Positions 27,759 to 41,471 of a stretch of DNA of 64,000 bases are shown here, piece by piece. This stretch comes from Eledone cirrhosa. Lineage: Eukaryota. A model generated the notes under the pieces. That model was not told the origin of the DNA, searched no databases, and saw nothing but the letters and a program-made list of their open reading frames with translations. The position numbers and the translations under genes were made by a program. The DNA lies in assembly GCA_964016885.1 (NCBI GenBank), contig OZ024740.1, forward strand, positions 335,792,001 through 335,856,000, written 5' to 3'. Positions within the stretch are counted from its first letter, which is position 1, and each line of letters starts with the position of its first letter.

Positions 27759-29852
27759 TTATTCTAGTAGTAATGATGAATGTGAGAGTTAACTTCGTGA
27801 CCATAGTCATAACTCAGTATTGATGCTGCCAGAAAACAGGGAATATATTGGTCCTACCTAATCGATTACGAAGTATTGTGTTCGGAACGAAAAATATTCT
27901 TTCAGAATCGTTATCAGTGTACGGGAGGGATGTATTTGCTGAAAATACAATTGGTATACTTCCTTGTTAGTCTATCGTTCAACATGTTGAAAGTAGGCCC
28001 CACGCGTTCCCATCAATGGGTCTTTTGCTAGAAAATACAGCCAAACCCCTTTCAAATCATAGTTTACTACTGTGAATAAGATTTTCGATTATTTAGTCTT
28101 AGGTAACTTTCAAACCTAAGATAGCCGCAACTGATACGTCTTTGATCATAAGGCCTGCTTAATGATGATTGGCCTGCAGTTAAGCCATTACAACATCAAC
28201 AATATTTTGGAAATATAAATAATAAACTGGGTGTAATTCGTTTGGACACATATCATTATAACAAAAGAAGTAACAAGAGCTTTGCTAAAGGAGAAATATA
28301 ATCTGCAGTGGAATGGCGGGATTGATAAGGCGTCAGACAATATAGCTTGTAATACTTAGTGTTGTTTAAGGGTATCTATTCACGTTCTTACTTCAGAGTC
28401 ATCGTTGCTTTCGTTCGAAGTAGATAATTTGTACAAATTATGTTTTAAAGAAATACTTCGTGAAAGTATAGTCTCATCATCTGCAGCTTAAATGATTTTC
28501 ATGTGACATTAAGAGACTGGGAATATCAGATACTCAACTGACCGAACACTAGTCCATTATAAGTGTAATTCATAGCTGCTTCTAGCACTCATTTTTCAGC
28601 TGAATGAACAAGAGATATGTAAATTGAAGTGCCTTCCTCAGAAATGCATGCAACATCCGTTTGAAGTTTTGAATTCTCGCCCTAAGAAGCCGGAGCCCAC
28701 ATGCCGTCTACTTTCACACAAAAGCCAATCAAACAGTGTAGTTAATTTAGTCTATTGTACTCTCTTCCTACGTATGGTATTTTGTGCTTAAATTATAAAC
28801 CAATAGCAAACATCAGCAACGATTTGTAACGTCCACATTATCACATAGAATATGTCTTTTTGACTGAAGGTATCAAGAAAAAACATGGAAGTTATGGCCT
28901 CTCCTAGAATAATTTATCAGTGCACACTTTCCTATGCGGAGAATTACCTCTATAGCTTTCATAAATTCTAAGTATGAACCTATATTTTTGGTTGTATGCC
29001 TGCCATTGAGTTAGTAATGCCTGTTCCACCATTACATAGTTTATACAACCAACACACTCAACGTTTAACACTTTAAATCTTATATGTATTTCATGAGATC
29101 AAGGACTTGAATTTGAGTCATGATAGAAACCTTATTATTGCTATTACATAATGAACTCGATAATAACTGACCACAACAATTCTGAACGATCGCTTCTCTG
29201 TAATTGTAGAGTTACGTATTTGATATCTTATAAGACCCACGGGTACATCAGCAGAGAATGTTTAAAATAGTTTTGTAATTAAGTACGAGCATCTAATATT
29301 ATTAAAACATGTAGCTACAGTATCTGCAGAAAAAAAACTGGAAAAACGACATGAAACTAGGGGACATGAAAAATATTTTTAATAATAATATAGCCTGTAG
29401 CTGCTATTTCCATTCTCGTATCATTTTTGCTATTGGGTGTCCTTAAAACCTCGCTCCACTGCTCCCATACGATGCATTTTAATAAAGTGCACCGCGTTTA
29501 ATTTGTATCCACTAATATAGCTTTATGATACGCCCCAGTAGTCATATTGAGAGTAAATCCTCTACAGTTATTATCGTGTGATTGTATTTGTATTACAGTA
29601 TTATGACGTAAGGCATGATACAAAAACAGTGTTTTAGCAAGCTTTAGCACCATCTCCCGTATAAGACTAAAATAATATTTTGTGATAAAGGTTATTATAA
29701 AAATATACATCTTACAATGTATCACCAATCACAATTTACTTCTATTTTATATCTACTACTTGGTAACTGCCATCATGCGGATACCCTCCATGTATTTCTA
29801 AAGATGTCACCTAGAATGAACCACTCTTTACCTCTTTCTATATGTCATTATG

Positions 29853-29962
29853 TCAATCTCGCCGAGGTTAACTTTGCTTTTCATCCTTACGGGTTCGATA
29901 AAATAAAGTACCAGTAATACACTGGATAATTGCTGGCCTTGTGCCAAAAGTAGAAACAATTA
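29853..29962 (+). mobile_element. 5'-truncated SINE copy
   Basis: CGCCGAGGTTAACTTTGCTTTTCATCCTTACGGG..GTAGAAACAATT. Confidence 0.8.
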
Positions 29963-30294
29963 TGTCAACTGCTCTTTTACTTCTAGCTTGTGTATATCAT
30001 AACATGCCAATCAATATCTGATTTTGTATAACACAATGTACTTATTTCGCCTTCCCTTCGACTGTGTGACAAACGCAATATCTGTACCACAGTCTACTGA
30101 AACGCATTTTCTTCTTGGGTTAACCATTACGTTAAACGTCTACCTTCATAATTACAATATAGATTAAACTAATATTCTTCTATTTTAAAATTGTGTAGAA
30201 TTTTAGGATGGGTAATTATCTAGAATTTTGTAGTTTTACATGATTGGTATGAGGCTTGATTTGAGAAATTGTGTTGAAGCTGAATCACTTAGAG

Positions 30295-30533
30295 CAGGGG
30301 TGTGCAACAGGTGGCCCGCGATGAACATTTTAAAGTTTTACCTTGTAGGCTTATTTAGAATTTTTTTCAGTTGACCTTATCTAAAGGGCTTCACTGATAG
30401 GGTTATGTGTGTTATAATTTCCCAGTTCCATGATATGGAAAGAAGTTGTGGTGAATCTTTGGAATAGTGCTTAATTAATGGTTGTTCCAATGTTCAAAAG
30501 TAGCCCACCAATGTAATATGTTGCACACCCCTG
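30295..30533. mobile_element. hAT-type MITE
   Basis: Perfect 14-bp TIRs CAGGGGTGTGCAAC / GTTGCACACCCCTG; degenerate 8-bp TSD ACTTAGAG / ATTTAGAA. Confidence 0.85.
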
Positions 30534-30699
30534 ATTTAGAATGTTGAAGAGACATTTTGGTAATTGAAAAACATGAAAAGGGAACAGGACAGACTTTTGT
30601 ATGTCTGAAATGATTTTTCCAGGATATAAATATCGTGCAAAAATTCCTACAAAATATTTAGGAAGAAGCACCAAAAAATGACATGCCACATTATGGAGA

Positions 30700-30900
30700 T
30701 TCCAGACCAACTGACCCGCGACATGTCGGCTCGACGCCAAGATGGCAGCCCCATCATCCGTCTATTCCGCGGAGGGCCAGCGACCCGCCCAGAGAAACCA
30801 TCACCCTGTTACGAAACCGATCGGCTCTACGCACGACGATGCTTTGGGATCTCTGGCTTAGGATGACCCCAGCCTCGTTGAGCAAGACCAAGAAGAAGAG
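30700..30900 (+). pseudogene. Possible RTE-type LINE 3' fragment
   Basis: GC-rich island; QLTRDMSARRQDGSPI..RPEKP resembles the QL.W.GH.ARR..RP.GRP C-terminus; AAG tail. Confidence 0.35.
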
Positions 30901-31705
30901 ACATCATGGAACTGAAGATTATTTCATATTCTCTATACAAATATGTATTTCACATTCCTCAACAAACAGTTTTGACATCTGAATCTGAATTATGTTCCGT
31001 CTGTTTTAATTGTGCTTTTGCTTCTCAAAACCATATGTTCTTATTTGGATATTATAATTTCGACATGATTGTAAAATAAATCTATATATCAATCTATATA
31101 TGTTTATCCATCTGTCACCATCCTCCCTCTTTCTATCTCCCTCCCATCTCTCTCATTCTCTTTCATTCTCTCTTCCCCCCTCCCTCTCTCTCCTCTCTCT
31201 CTCCCTCTCTCTCTCTCTCTTTCTCTCTCCTTCTCTCTCTCTCTCTTTCTCTCTCCTTCTCTCTCTCTCCCAAACACTCAAGTAGCATATTCAAATGCTT
31301 CGCGGCGTTTGTTTCGGTCCTCTGGAGTTGATTAATAAAGTACCTTTCCTGGGAGATGGATTAGTAAATTTGTTAGCGCAGTGTCACACCTTGCTTGTTC
31401 TGAGGCAAAAGCAAAAATGTTCGGTTGGTACAAAGAAGGATTTATAATTTAGACGAAAATATGAAATGCAAGAAGAATAGAATTGCTCACAGCAGATAAA
31501 ATGAATGCATGATTAGAAAAAACACTGTGTAGCGTCAGGAAAATCGAATAGGAGACCGAATGAAACACTAACTGGCAAAATAGATTCGTCACTATAAATA
31601 TTATATATATATAAATATGTGTGTGTGTGTAGTATTGTAGTAGTGGATAGGTAAGAATACCCAAGATATAGAGCAACTCAAGTCCGTAGGCTGAGTAAGT
31701 TTGAA

Positions 31706-31899
31706 TATAATTATTAAGGCCAGTTACTACAACTGCACCATACCAAGAACGTACGTTTCGTTAGCCCTGAGAATAAACTTGTTCAACCGACGAACGGGTT
31801 CATTTTCATAGGCACGGGTTGAACATGCAGGTCCACAGAGCTAACGAAACGTACATACCTGGTAAGGTGCCGTTGTAGTTATTGGCCTTAATGATTATA
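31706..31899. repeat. Imperfect fold-back; each arm carries only the 3' half of an HHR
   Basis: AAGGCCAGTTACTACAAC..GTACGTTTCGTTAGC versus GCTAACGAAACGTAC..GTTGTAGTTATTGGCCTT. Confidence 0.8.
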
Positions 31900-31903
31900 T
31901 ATT

Positions 31904-32002
<99 letters not shown>

Positions 32003-32388
32003 GTGTACGCAGTGGCGAACTGGCCAGGTTGTTAGGTTGCCCAATGGCAAGTGGGCGTCAGGGGGCCCACGGAAACATTGCAAGAGTCCACAGTAGCATT
32101 GTAGGGCCCACTGTAGTATTTTAGGGGCCAATGCTTTGCTTTCAAAAAATACCTGAAATCTAAGAGAAAGAATAAAATTATTTTTAAAATAAATAAAACA
32201 ATTAAGCAAAGCATTTGGTCAACCAATTCCCCAGGCAATTACTAGAAACCCAAATATACGATAGTGCAAATAGCTGGAATCAGTGGTTGTACAATCTACT
32301 AAATCTAAAGCTTAGTGTAGTCATGCATGCAAACATACATAGATAGACACAGACACACAAGCAAACACACACATACACACACACACAC

Positions 32389-32463
<75 letters not shown>

Positions 32464-32570
32464 CTTACACACGAACTACTGATCAAATAATATTTGGTAA
32501 AATGGGTTAAAGACATCTGTCAAATCAATTAGTGGTGAAGGTGGTTGTGTGTGTGTATATATATACATAT

Positions 32571-32970
32571 GACCCCTTAGCCTTTGTCAAGGCAGAATTC
32601 TAGGAGAAGGAAAACCCTGATATAACACCTGCAACTCGGTGGTATCCAATGATGTTGACTTGTTCTTCATTTTAGTAAATATCATCTTGGTTAAGAGAGT
32701 GGGACTGGCTTTGTGCAGTGCCTTTGCTCACTATAAAAGCTTCACGGCACAGGCATTGCTTTATATCTGGAGATCTCTCTGCACTTGTCGTCACATGGTA
32801 CCATGGGCCCAGCACTATGTGTCAGTAATTGTCACAAGTGTAGTGTTTGTACCAGAGTTTTCAAGTCGCTGGCTGGACTAAAAAGTCATACTCGTTCAGC
32901 GCATTGTTAGGAGTTCCCCTACATGGATATAAAGTAGTGGCCGTACTCGAAAACGAGTTGGCAGCCACCA
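32571..32970 (+). mobile_element. 5'-truncated RTE-derived non-autonomous element
   Basis: Reverse complement of 40205-40603; C2H2 remnant CSVCTRVFKSLAG and a 3' hairpin tail CTCGAAAACGAG. Confidence 0.8.
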
Positions 32971-33098
32971 TATATATATATATATATACATGTCTCTCCA
33001 TGTGCGTTTATTTTCATATTTACGCATGAGTTGAACTAGCCTGCTTTTAAATTCCCTTTTTGGCATATTCTGGCAGTATTTTAGGGTTATCGTGTTGA

Positions 33099-33178
33099 GC
33101 TCTACTGATGAACGACTCCAACCGTGTCCATCCCCACTGAAAGTTTCGTGAAATAGTCTTTTTAAGACTATATAGAGC
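33099..33178 (+). ncRNA. Canonical type I hammerhead ribozyme
   Basis: GCTCTA-CTGATGA-ACGA..TCGT-GAA-ATAGTCTT ttt AAGACTAT-A-TAGAGC. All three stems are perfect (6, 4 and 8 bp); AUA site. Confidence 0.9.
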
Positions 33179-33423
33179 ATTTGTAGTTTCTCCAAATTGA
33201 AGGATGAGTATTTAAACTTTATTTTATTCAGAGTTAAGGCTCTATTGATTCTACCCTGGATTTCACAAAATTCTATGGATAAATCTATGTCTTGATTTTT
33301 TTTTAATTGAGTTTGAATTATTTTCCCACATCTTACGTTAATTATTTTCCATTTTGACGTTATAGTCACTTATATATTATGAAATACTGCTGGCTTCACG
33401 CTCACAATAATTTCTATACTTTC

Positions 33424-33473
<50 letters not shown>

Positions 33474-33479
33474 TTTTTA

Positions 33480-35139
<1,660 letters not shown>

Positions 35140-35140
35140 T

Positions 35141-35286
35141 TAGTGAGTGTGAAAGACCAACGTCGCTGGATTTCGCAAAATATATATATTTTTTATTTTA
35201 CCAAATAAATAGTATATATATATATATATATGTATATTGATATAAATATTATTCTCATCGAGCCCTCTACGGATTTTAGTGTACAC

Positions 35287-35332
<46 letters not shown>

Positions 35333-35340
35333 GGCGACCT
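35141..35340 (+). mobile_element. Possible LTR remnant followed by a primer-binding site
   Basis: The short repeat also seen at 7606-7670 and 17542-17600 (opposite strand) is followed here by TGGCGACC at 35332-35339. Confidence 0.4.
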
Positions 35341-35549
35341 ACGTAGTAAATCGTATCATCGTGAGCTCCGCAAACGTTTGTTATTTTCAGTTATTGAAAA
35401 TTGCCATTTATGGAAAATTTTTATTGTTAACTATATATAAGTGCACATACATTGATTTCTGAAAAGGACACTCAAAAATATTGGGGCCTTGAGCCCAAAA
35501 TTTAAACTTTTTATAATTATCAAACAAAATCTTTTTTCTTTGAAAAATA

Positions 35550-37475
35550 ATGGATGACTCAGATTCACTCCTTCCTCACAATCCAACACCTCACACCGAC
35601 ACCACCATTGTAAACATTGCTACGTTTGCCAACACTGGAATTGTAAGTAGTAGCAATATTTTAAATTTGTCTCAGACAGACGTTCATTTCCCGCCATTAC
35701 CAATGAATGCAGGTGTTAAAGCCGCCACCACCACCACCACCACCACCGCGACAACCCCCCCCCCCCCCACAGCGACAACAGAAACAAAAGAAGAAAAAAA
35801 AATTAACTCATGATATCGAAATGAATTCAACCAAAATGAACTCTTCCACACCGAACACCACTGACGCCACCACCACCACAACTGAAACTAAAATTAACAA
35901 TGAAATTAAGAAGACTACCCTGAGTTTTGCCAGAGTAGCAAAAACGTGCGAAGCGATTCAGGTAACTCAGGAAGAATTAGTCGAAGCCAAAGGAATGGTA
36001 AAGAAAGATGGGTACAGGGTCAGCCCCCCCCCCCCCCACCTAATAAAATGGAGCAACGTCGCCTATGCACCGTGTCTTATCGGGCAATAAAGATAAAATC
36101 GCTCCGAGTGGAACGGGCATCTGAGTCCCAAATCCAAAAAGCTTTGGGACATGTGTGGGCAAAAAAAAACCACATCAGACGTGGGCAGAAGTATGGAACC
36201 GTGGACGTGTTCTTTGAAACACCACAGGAGGCCAGAGAACACTCCATGGCCCCATTAAGAAGTGACGACTTCACACTCATCCCAAGCTATTGTGGCCAGA
36301 GACTTGTGAAGATCAGGGTGACCCACGTTCCACCGGCCATCGAAATTCCCTGGCTAATGGCAGCCGTCCTCGCCGGCATCGAGGCCAACACCAAAATAAT
36401 AGAAATAGCAAAAGAAAAGCAGGAGAACTGGTCCGGATCTGGGATGGAGCTCCTGATCCAAGCGGACCATAAAAGCATTGAAGATATCCCAGAGGTATTA
36501 GACCTCACTGACGGCAGCCACCTCACCGTAATCGTCGAGGGCAGAAGACCTAGGTGTGTCGTTTGTGGTGAAGGAACCCACCTAAGCGCTTTCTGCCCTC
36601 AGGCTAAAAGGTTGAGGCCACCTCTCTTACCCACCCCAGTGACTCAACCATCAACACCACCAGCAACAGAAATAGCAGCAACAACTGCAGCAGCAACAAC
36701 AGAAGCAACTGTAACAGCAACAACCCCAGCAACAGTAGCAAAACCAACAATACCACCACCCAACGCCCCAGAACTAGAACCAGCGCCTACACCATCCACC
36801 ACGCCACAACCAAAACCAACGCCTGTGGAGGATTTTCCACTCCCCGGCTTATCGCAACTGGAGACAGATTGTGACGACGAGGAGTGGGAAACGGTATCAG
36901 GAAAAAAGAAAAAAAAAAGAAACCAAAAAAGAAAAAATTCTCTTCCTTTCCCCTCAAAAAACAAAATACAGAGGGAAACAAATAAATTATCAAACAAGAA
37001 AGTTAAGACAGATATGCCACCATCCACACCAGCATCACCAACCCCATGACCACAAACACCAACACCATCACCATCATTAACCCCAACACCACCATCACCA
37101 ACACCACAAAAGTCACCAAAAAGCGTAACAGAAATAAACCCACAACAAACGCAAACAAAAGAAAACAACCAAAACGATACATACTACACAGCATTAAATT
37201 TGAACAACAACCAATGATTACACTACATGCAACACAACACCAGCATCACAGAAAAAGACTACACAACAACCCAAAAGTTCACACCAGCTCCACACATACA
37301 AATCACTCGCATCACACAGAAAACGTACACGACACTAAAACAAAAATTCCCCACAGACATCGGGGACTTCCGACAAACACTCTCCAGGAGGATTTATAAG
37401 GACATCCTTCCGGAGGAGGCCACAAGCAGTGAAAAGGATGGACAAACCTTCCTTCCTCTACGAGAAGTAAGGTAA
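35550..37475 (+). pseudogene. ORF1 (gag-like) of an L1/Tx1-like LINE, frameshifted
   Basis: Zinc knuckle CVVCGEGTHLSAFC (CX2CX4HX4C), Pro/Thr-rich tail, EWETVSGKKKK; frame breaks at poly-C runs (~35760, ~36030) and at ~37046. Confidence 0.8.
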
Positions 37476-37509
37476 GTGGTCTTTCCCATCTTTTCCACTC
37501 CATTTCAAC

Positions 37510-38095
37510 ATGACCTCACTCAGAATAGGCAGCATAAATGCGCGTCGCTTGGGGTCGTCATGGAAGCAGGGCCACCTGCTCACCGACCTCAGGTCACTAA
37601 ACATAGATGTAGTGGCCATCAGCGAGACCAGAATCTCCGAAGCACGGGCCTTCGCACCGATCTTCGGCGGCTACGATGTGTACGCACCTCCCAGCCGTCC
37701 TGGATCGGGGGGAGGAGTTGCTGTGCTTTTTCGGAGAGGTTTGGATCTCGCCATACGGGCCATCTTCCTGGACCCAGAAGGTAAGTTGGTGGTGCTAGAC
37801 GTGACCAGCGGAGACGGGCAACTTTCATGCTAGTGGCCGTCTATGCCCCGACAGGAGCAGGGCGGCCTTATTTCTTCCGGCGTCTGGAGACCTTTTTTGG
37901 AACGTCCCGCTCTTTAGTGTTAGTGGGCGACTGGAACGGGATCTTAGATGCACGCTGGGACTGTGTGGGATTAGCGGATAGGGGAGGAGGGTTCAAGAGC
38001 CTCACCAACATGCTCAGGCGTTTTGAACTGTCTGACAGGTACCGATTGGATTTCCCGAATGTGCCAATGTGGACTTGGACAAATCGCATATGGTC
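37510..38095 (+). pseudogene. ORF2 apurinic endonuclease domain of an L1/Tx1-like LINE, 3'-truncated
   Basis: GSINARRL, DVVAISETR, GGGVAVLF, VAVYAP, VGDWN, WTW; frameshift at ~37827; RT absent. Confidence 0.9.
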
Positions 38096-38881
38096 AGCCA
38101 AAAGTAGAAACAATTATTATATATATATATGAATATGTTAAGCCCAAATCATAGTAGGTTCAATTATCACAGAGAGAAAGAGAGAGCGGGTAGAAATGAG
38201 GGGCAGCAGAAATGAAACATGGATTCCAGGTTAAAATGTAGGTTAGATAGATGAGAAACAAAACGAGGATGTAGATTATGGAACACCCAAATGATTTAGA
38301 AGTCGACCTTTAGTAGGAGCAATAACATTAAGAAAGATATGAACGACACCAGATCATTTTGTTTTCAACATTTTGAAAGTAGGTTTATAAGTATGAATTT
38401 TCATACGAATTTCGTAGTTGTCTCTGTGGTCTAACGGTGGAGATCCTGACCTTGGGTCCAATCCTGGTCAAGAAGTACATGCAACCGTTTTCAATGTTTT
38501 ATTTTACAACCAATAGAAAAAAAAATGAAAAATTTTACAGGGACCCCTACTCCCGACCAGGATCAAACTTCAGACCACAATCTTCATCGTCTGTGATTCC
38601 TCGAAATAGGCCATCGACATAGCTACAAAAGTAGAATGAAAATTGATAATTATAAAACTACTTTCAAAATCAAAGTTAAAATATGTGGTGACTTTCATGG
38701 CTTTCCTAGAGCTATTAGTAATATTTAGGGTCGACTTCTGGTCATTATTGAAAGTCTCTGGGTTTCGCAAAATACCTAATATTTTTTTTATTGGAGAAGG
38801 TAAGATATTTCCCGCAAAAATTTGATTGCACTGTTTTGTTTCCAGTTATGTATTTTTCGAAAATGTTATTTATTCATCTTA

Positions 38882-39457
38882 TCTATATATATATAAAGTT
38901 GTAGTTGTTGTCTGTTTGTCTGCTTGTTTTCAACCATAGGTAAATGACAAGATATGGTGCCTATTCACAAAATTTCAGCAAATTTCAATAATATTAAGTC
39001 ACCCTAATGCGAGTTAAACCTCCTATAGTGAAAATGTTGGCCAATAAATGGAACAAGATGTGTTGTAACAAGAATATATATAAAGTTATAGTTCCTGTCT
39101 GTTTGTTTGTTTGTTCACGAAATCCTCCTATGGCTTTGGAGTTGACCCCCATAACCATATATATTCTGAAACTACATTGCCCAAGGTACTTCGATAAGGA
39201 TATTTCATTTAATCAAAGGGTTCCCCGGGGGCACAGACACCCGCTGAAAATGTTGTCACTTCGATTTATATGAAATTTAAACCATAGGTAAATGACCGGG
39301 ATATGATGTCTATTCACAAAATTTCAGCAACTTTCAATAATATTAAGGCACCCTAATGGAGTTTTTCTCCACAAATGATATCACTGATTTAAAATCAATC
39401 ATCATTTTCTTACAAAAATATGTGTGAAACGCAGCAAGGCGCGGGTAATTCGGCTAG
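38882..39457 (+). mobile_element. Non-autonomous Helitron with internal duplication
   Basis: 5' TCTATATATATATAAAG, 3' GC-rich imperfect hairpin plus CTAG, inserted between A and T; 38933-39010 repeats at 39280-39358. Confidence 0.7.
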
Positions 39458-39557
39458 TTATAAAAATAAAATGATAGCATTCTATATGTAGATGGGTCCC
39501 CTTCACCTCCTGTCAACCAATATTTTTAGACCCAGTCCACCACTGTGTGTGTGTGTT

Positions 39558-39670
<113 letters not shown>

Positions 39671-39982
39671 CAATACATATATGTATATATATTTAATATT
39701 TAATTATTAGATTTCCTTGAACGTGAAGCTTATCTTAGTGTTGTGTAGTGCTATTCACCCTTTTACTGGCATTCGTTTTCAGCTGAGTAAACTGGGTCAA
39801 CATGAAAGGTGGTCTCCACCAAGTATCTCTATGTGTGTTTACCTACCTAAATACATACATACACACATACGTAGACACATGCATACATACATAGACACAT
39901 GCATGCATACATACATACATACATACATACATACATACATACATACATACATACATACATACATACATACATACATACATAA

Positions 39983-40172
39983 ACGATGGCTGCCCCTTAG
40001 TTATTGAGTATGGCCATTGCACGATATACCATTATCAATAATTATTAATTAATTCTATCGTGCAATGCCTGTGCGTGAAGATATTTTTGAAGTGAGGAAA
40101 TACTGTGCACTGAGCCAATCCCACTCTCGGGGCGACAGTAACTATAAACACGAAAAGAAGAAAAGATCAACA
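39983..40172 (-). mobile_element. RTE-derived non-autonomous element, second subfamily
   Basis: Similar tail (GGCCATACTC..GGCAGCCATC) and shared TGCAATGCCTGTG; (ATAC)n flanks. Confidence 0.65.
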
Positions 40173-40204
40173 TACATACATACAAGATCAACATACATAC
40201 ATAC

Positions 40205-40812
40205 ATGGTGGCTGCCAACTCGTTTTCGAGTACGGCCACTACTTTATATCCATGTAGGAGAACCCCTACCGATGCGCTAAACAAGTGTGACCCTTGGTCC
40301 AGCCAGCGACTTGAAAACTGGTACAAACACTACACCTGTGACAATTATTGACACATAGTGCTGGGCCCATGGCAAGATGTGACGACAAGTGCAGAGAGAT
40401 CTCCAGATATAAAGCAATGCCTGTGCCGTGAAGCTTTTATAGTGAGCAAAGGCACTGCACAAACCCAGTCCCACTCTCTTAACCAAGATGATATTTACCA
40501 AAAAGAAGAACAATTCAACATCATTGGATACCATCAGGGTTGCAGGTGTTATATCAGAGTTTTCCTTCTCCTAGAATTCTGCCTTGACAAAGGCTAAGGG
40601 GTCATCTCTCCCGGTGATTTTGTATGGCCATTGACTCTTAAGAGCTCCTTTGCCTTTTGACAGGTTTTGTTTTTAGTCCTGCAGGATGTCCAAAGTCACC
40701 CTCCTCACCAAGAAACCTTGGTGGGGTTGCCAGTTTAGTCGCCAACGACCCGACCATGAGACAGGTTGTTACTGGGATACATGTTACCAGTAGCACCAGC
40801 TGGTGACCTGAC
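40205..40812 (-). mobile_element. Apparently full-length bipartite RTE-derived element in (ATAC)n
   Basis: RTE-like 5' UTR (GGCGACTAAACTGGCAACCCC, CCTGCAGGACT) joined to a zinc-finger remnant and 3' tail; (ATGT)n on both sides. Confidence 0.75.
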
Positions 40813-41471
40813 ATACATACATACATACATACATACATACATACATACATACATACATACATACATACATACAATGGCAATCGCACGTGTGTAATTACGG
40901 CTTACATGAAGGCAACATACCATATATTGGAAAGGTTGAGCTACATTACACGGGAAGATTACATACAATAATTCTACATAAGTGTTTGAACTGTAAGTGT
41001 GTTGTAAAACACTTATTTATATGAACGATACATACACTTATGATATATGAACGATACATACACTTGAACATATAAATGCAACGTTTTTATATTACATTTG
41101 TAAAGAAATATGCAAGTAAAGTTTTCGATTCAGAAACAAAAAAATAAGTGTTTGAACTGTGAGTATGTTGTAGAATACCTATTTATATGAATGATACATA
41201 AACTTTAACATAAATACAGCGTTGTTATATTATATTACATTCATAAAAAAATATACTAAGGAAATATACTTTTTTTTTTGTTCTCGATTCAAACGATTCA
41301 ATAACAGCTTTTAAAACACAGTTGTAGAATTAAAAACTAACTGAAAAGAAATATTACCCAAGCTGTGAATAACCTTAAATTTGATTCTGACAGAAATTTG
41401 TCGAAACTTTTAAAGAAGATCATCGACTATTTTGAAAAATAAATACAAAATATTAGTGAATAGCATAGTGA

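Noticed and set aside
32010-32130. CAGTGGCG..GGGCCC hAT-like terminus
   Set aside because: Only one end found; no partner TIR or TSD.
32896-33369. 157-aa minus-strand ORF with a faint GxGW Polinton-like look
   Set aside because: It overlaps a perfect + strand hammerhead and runs into an RTE-derived tail; no other motif support.
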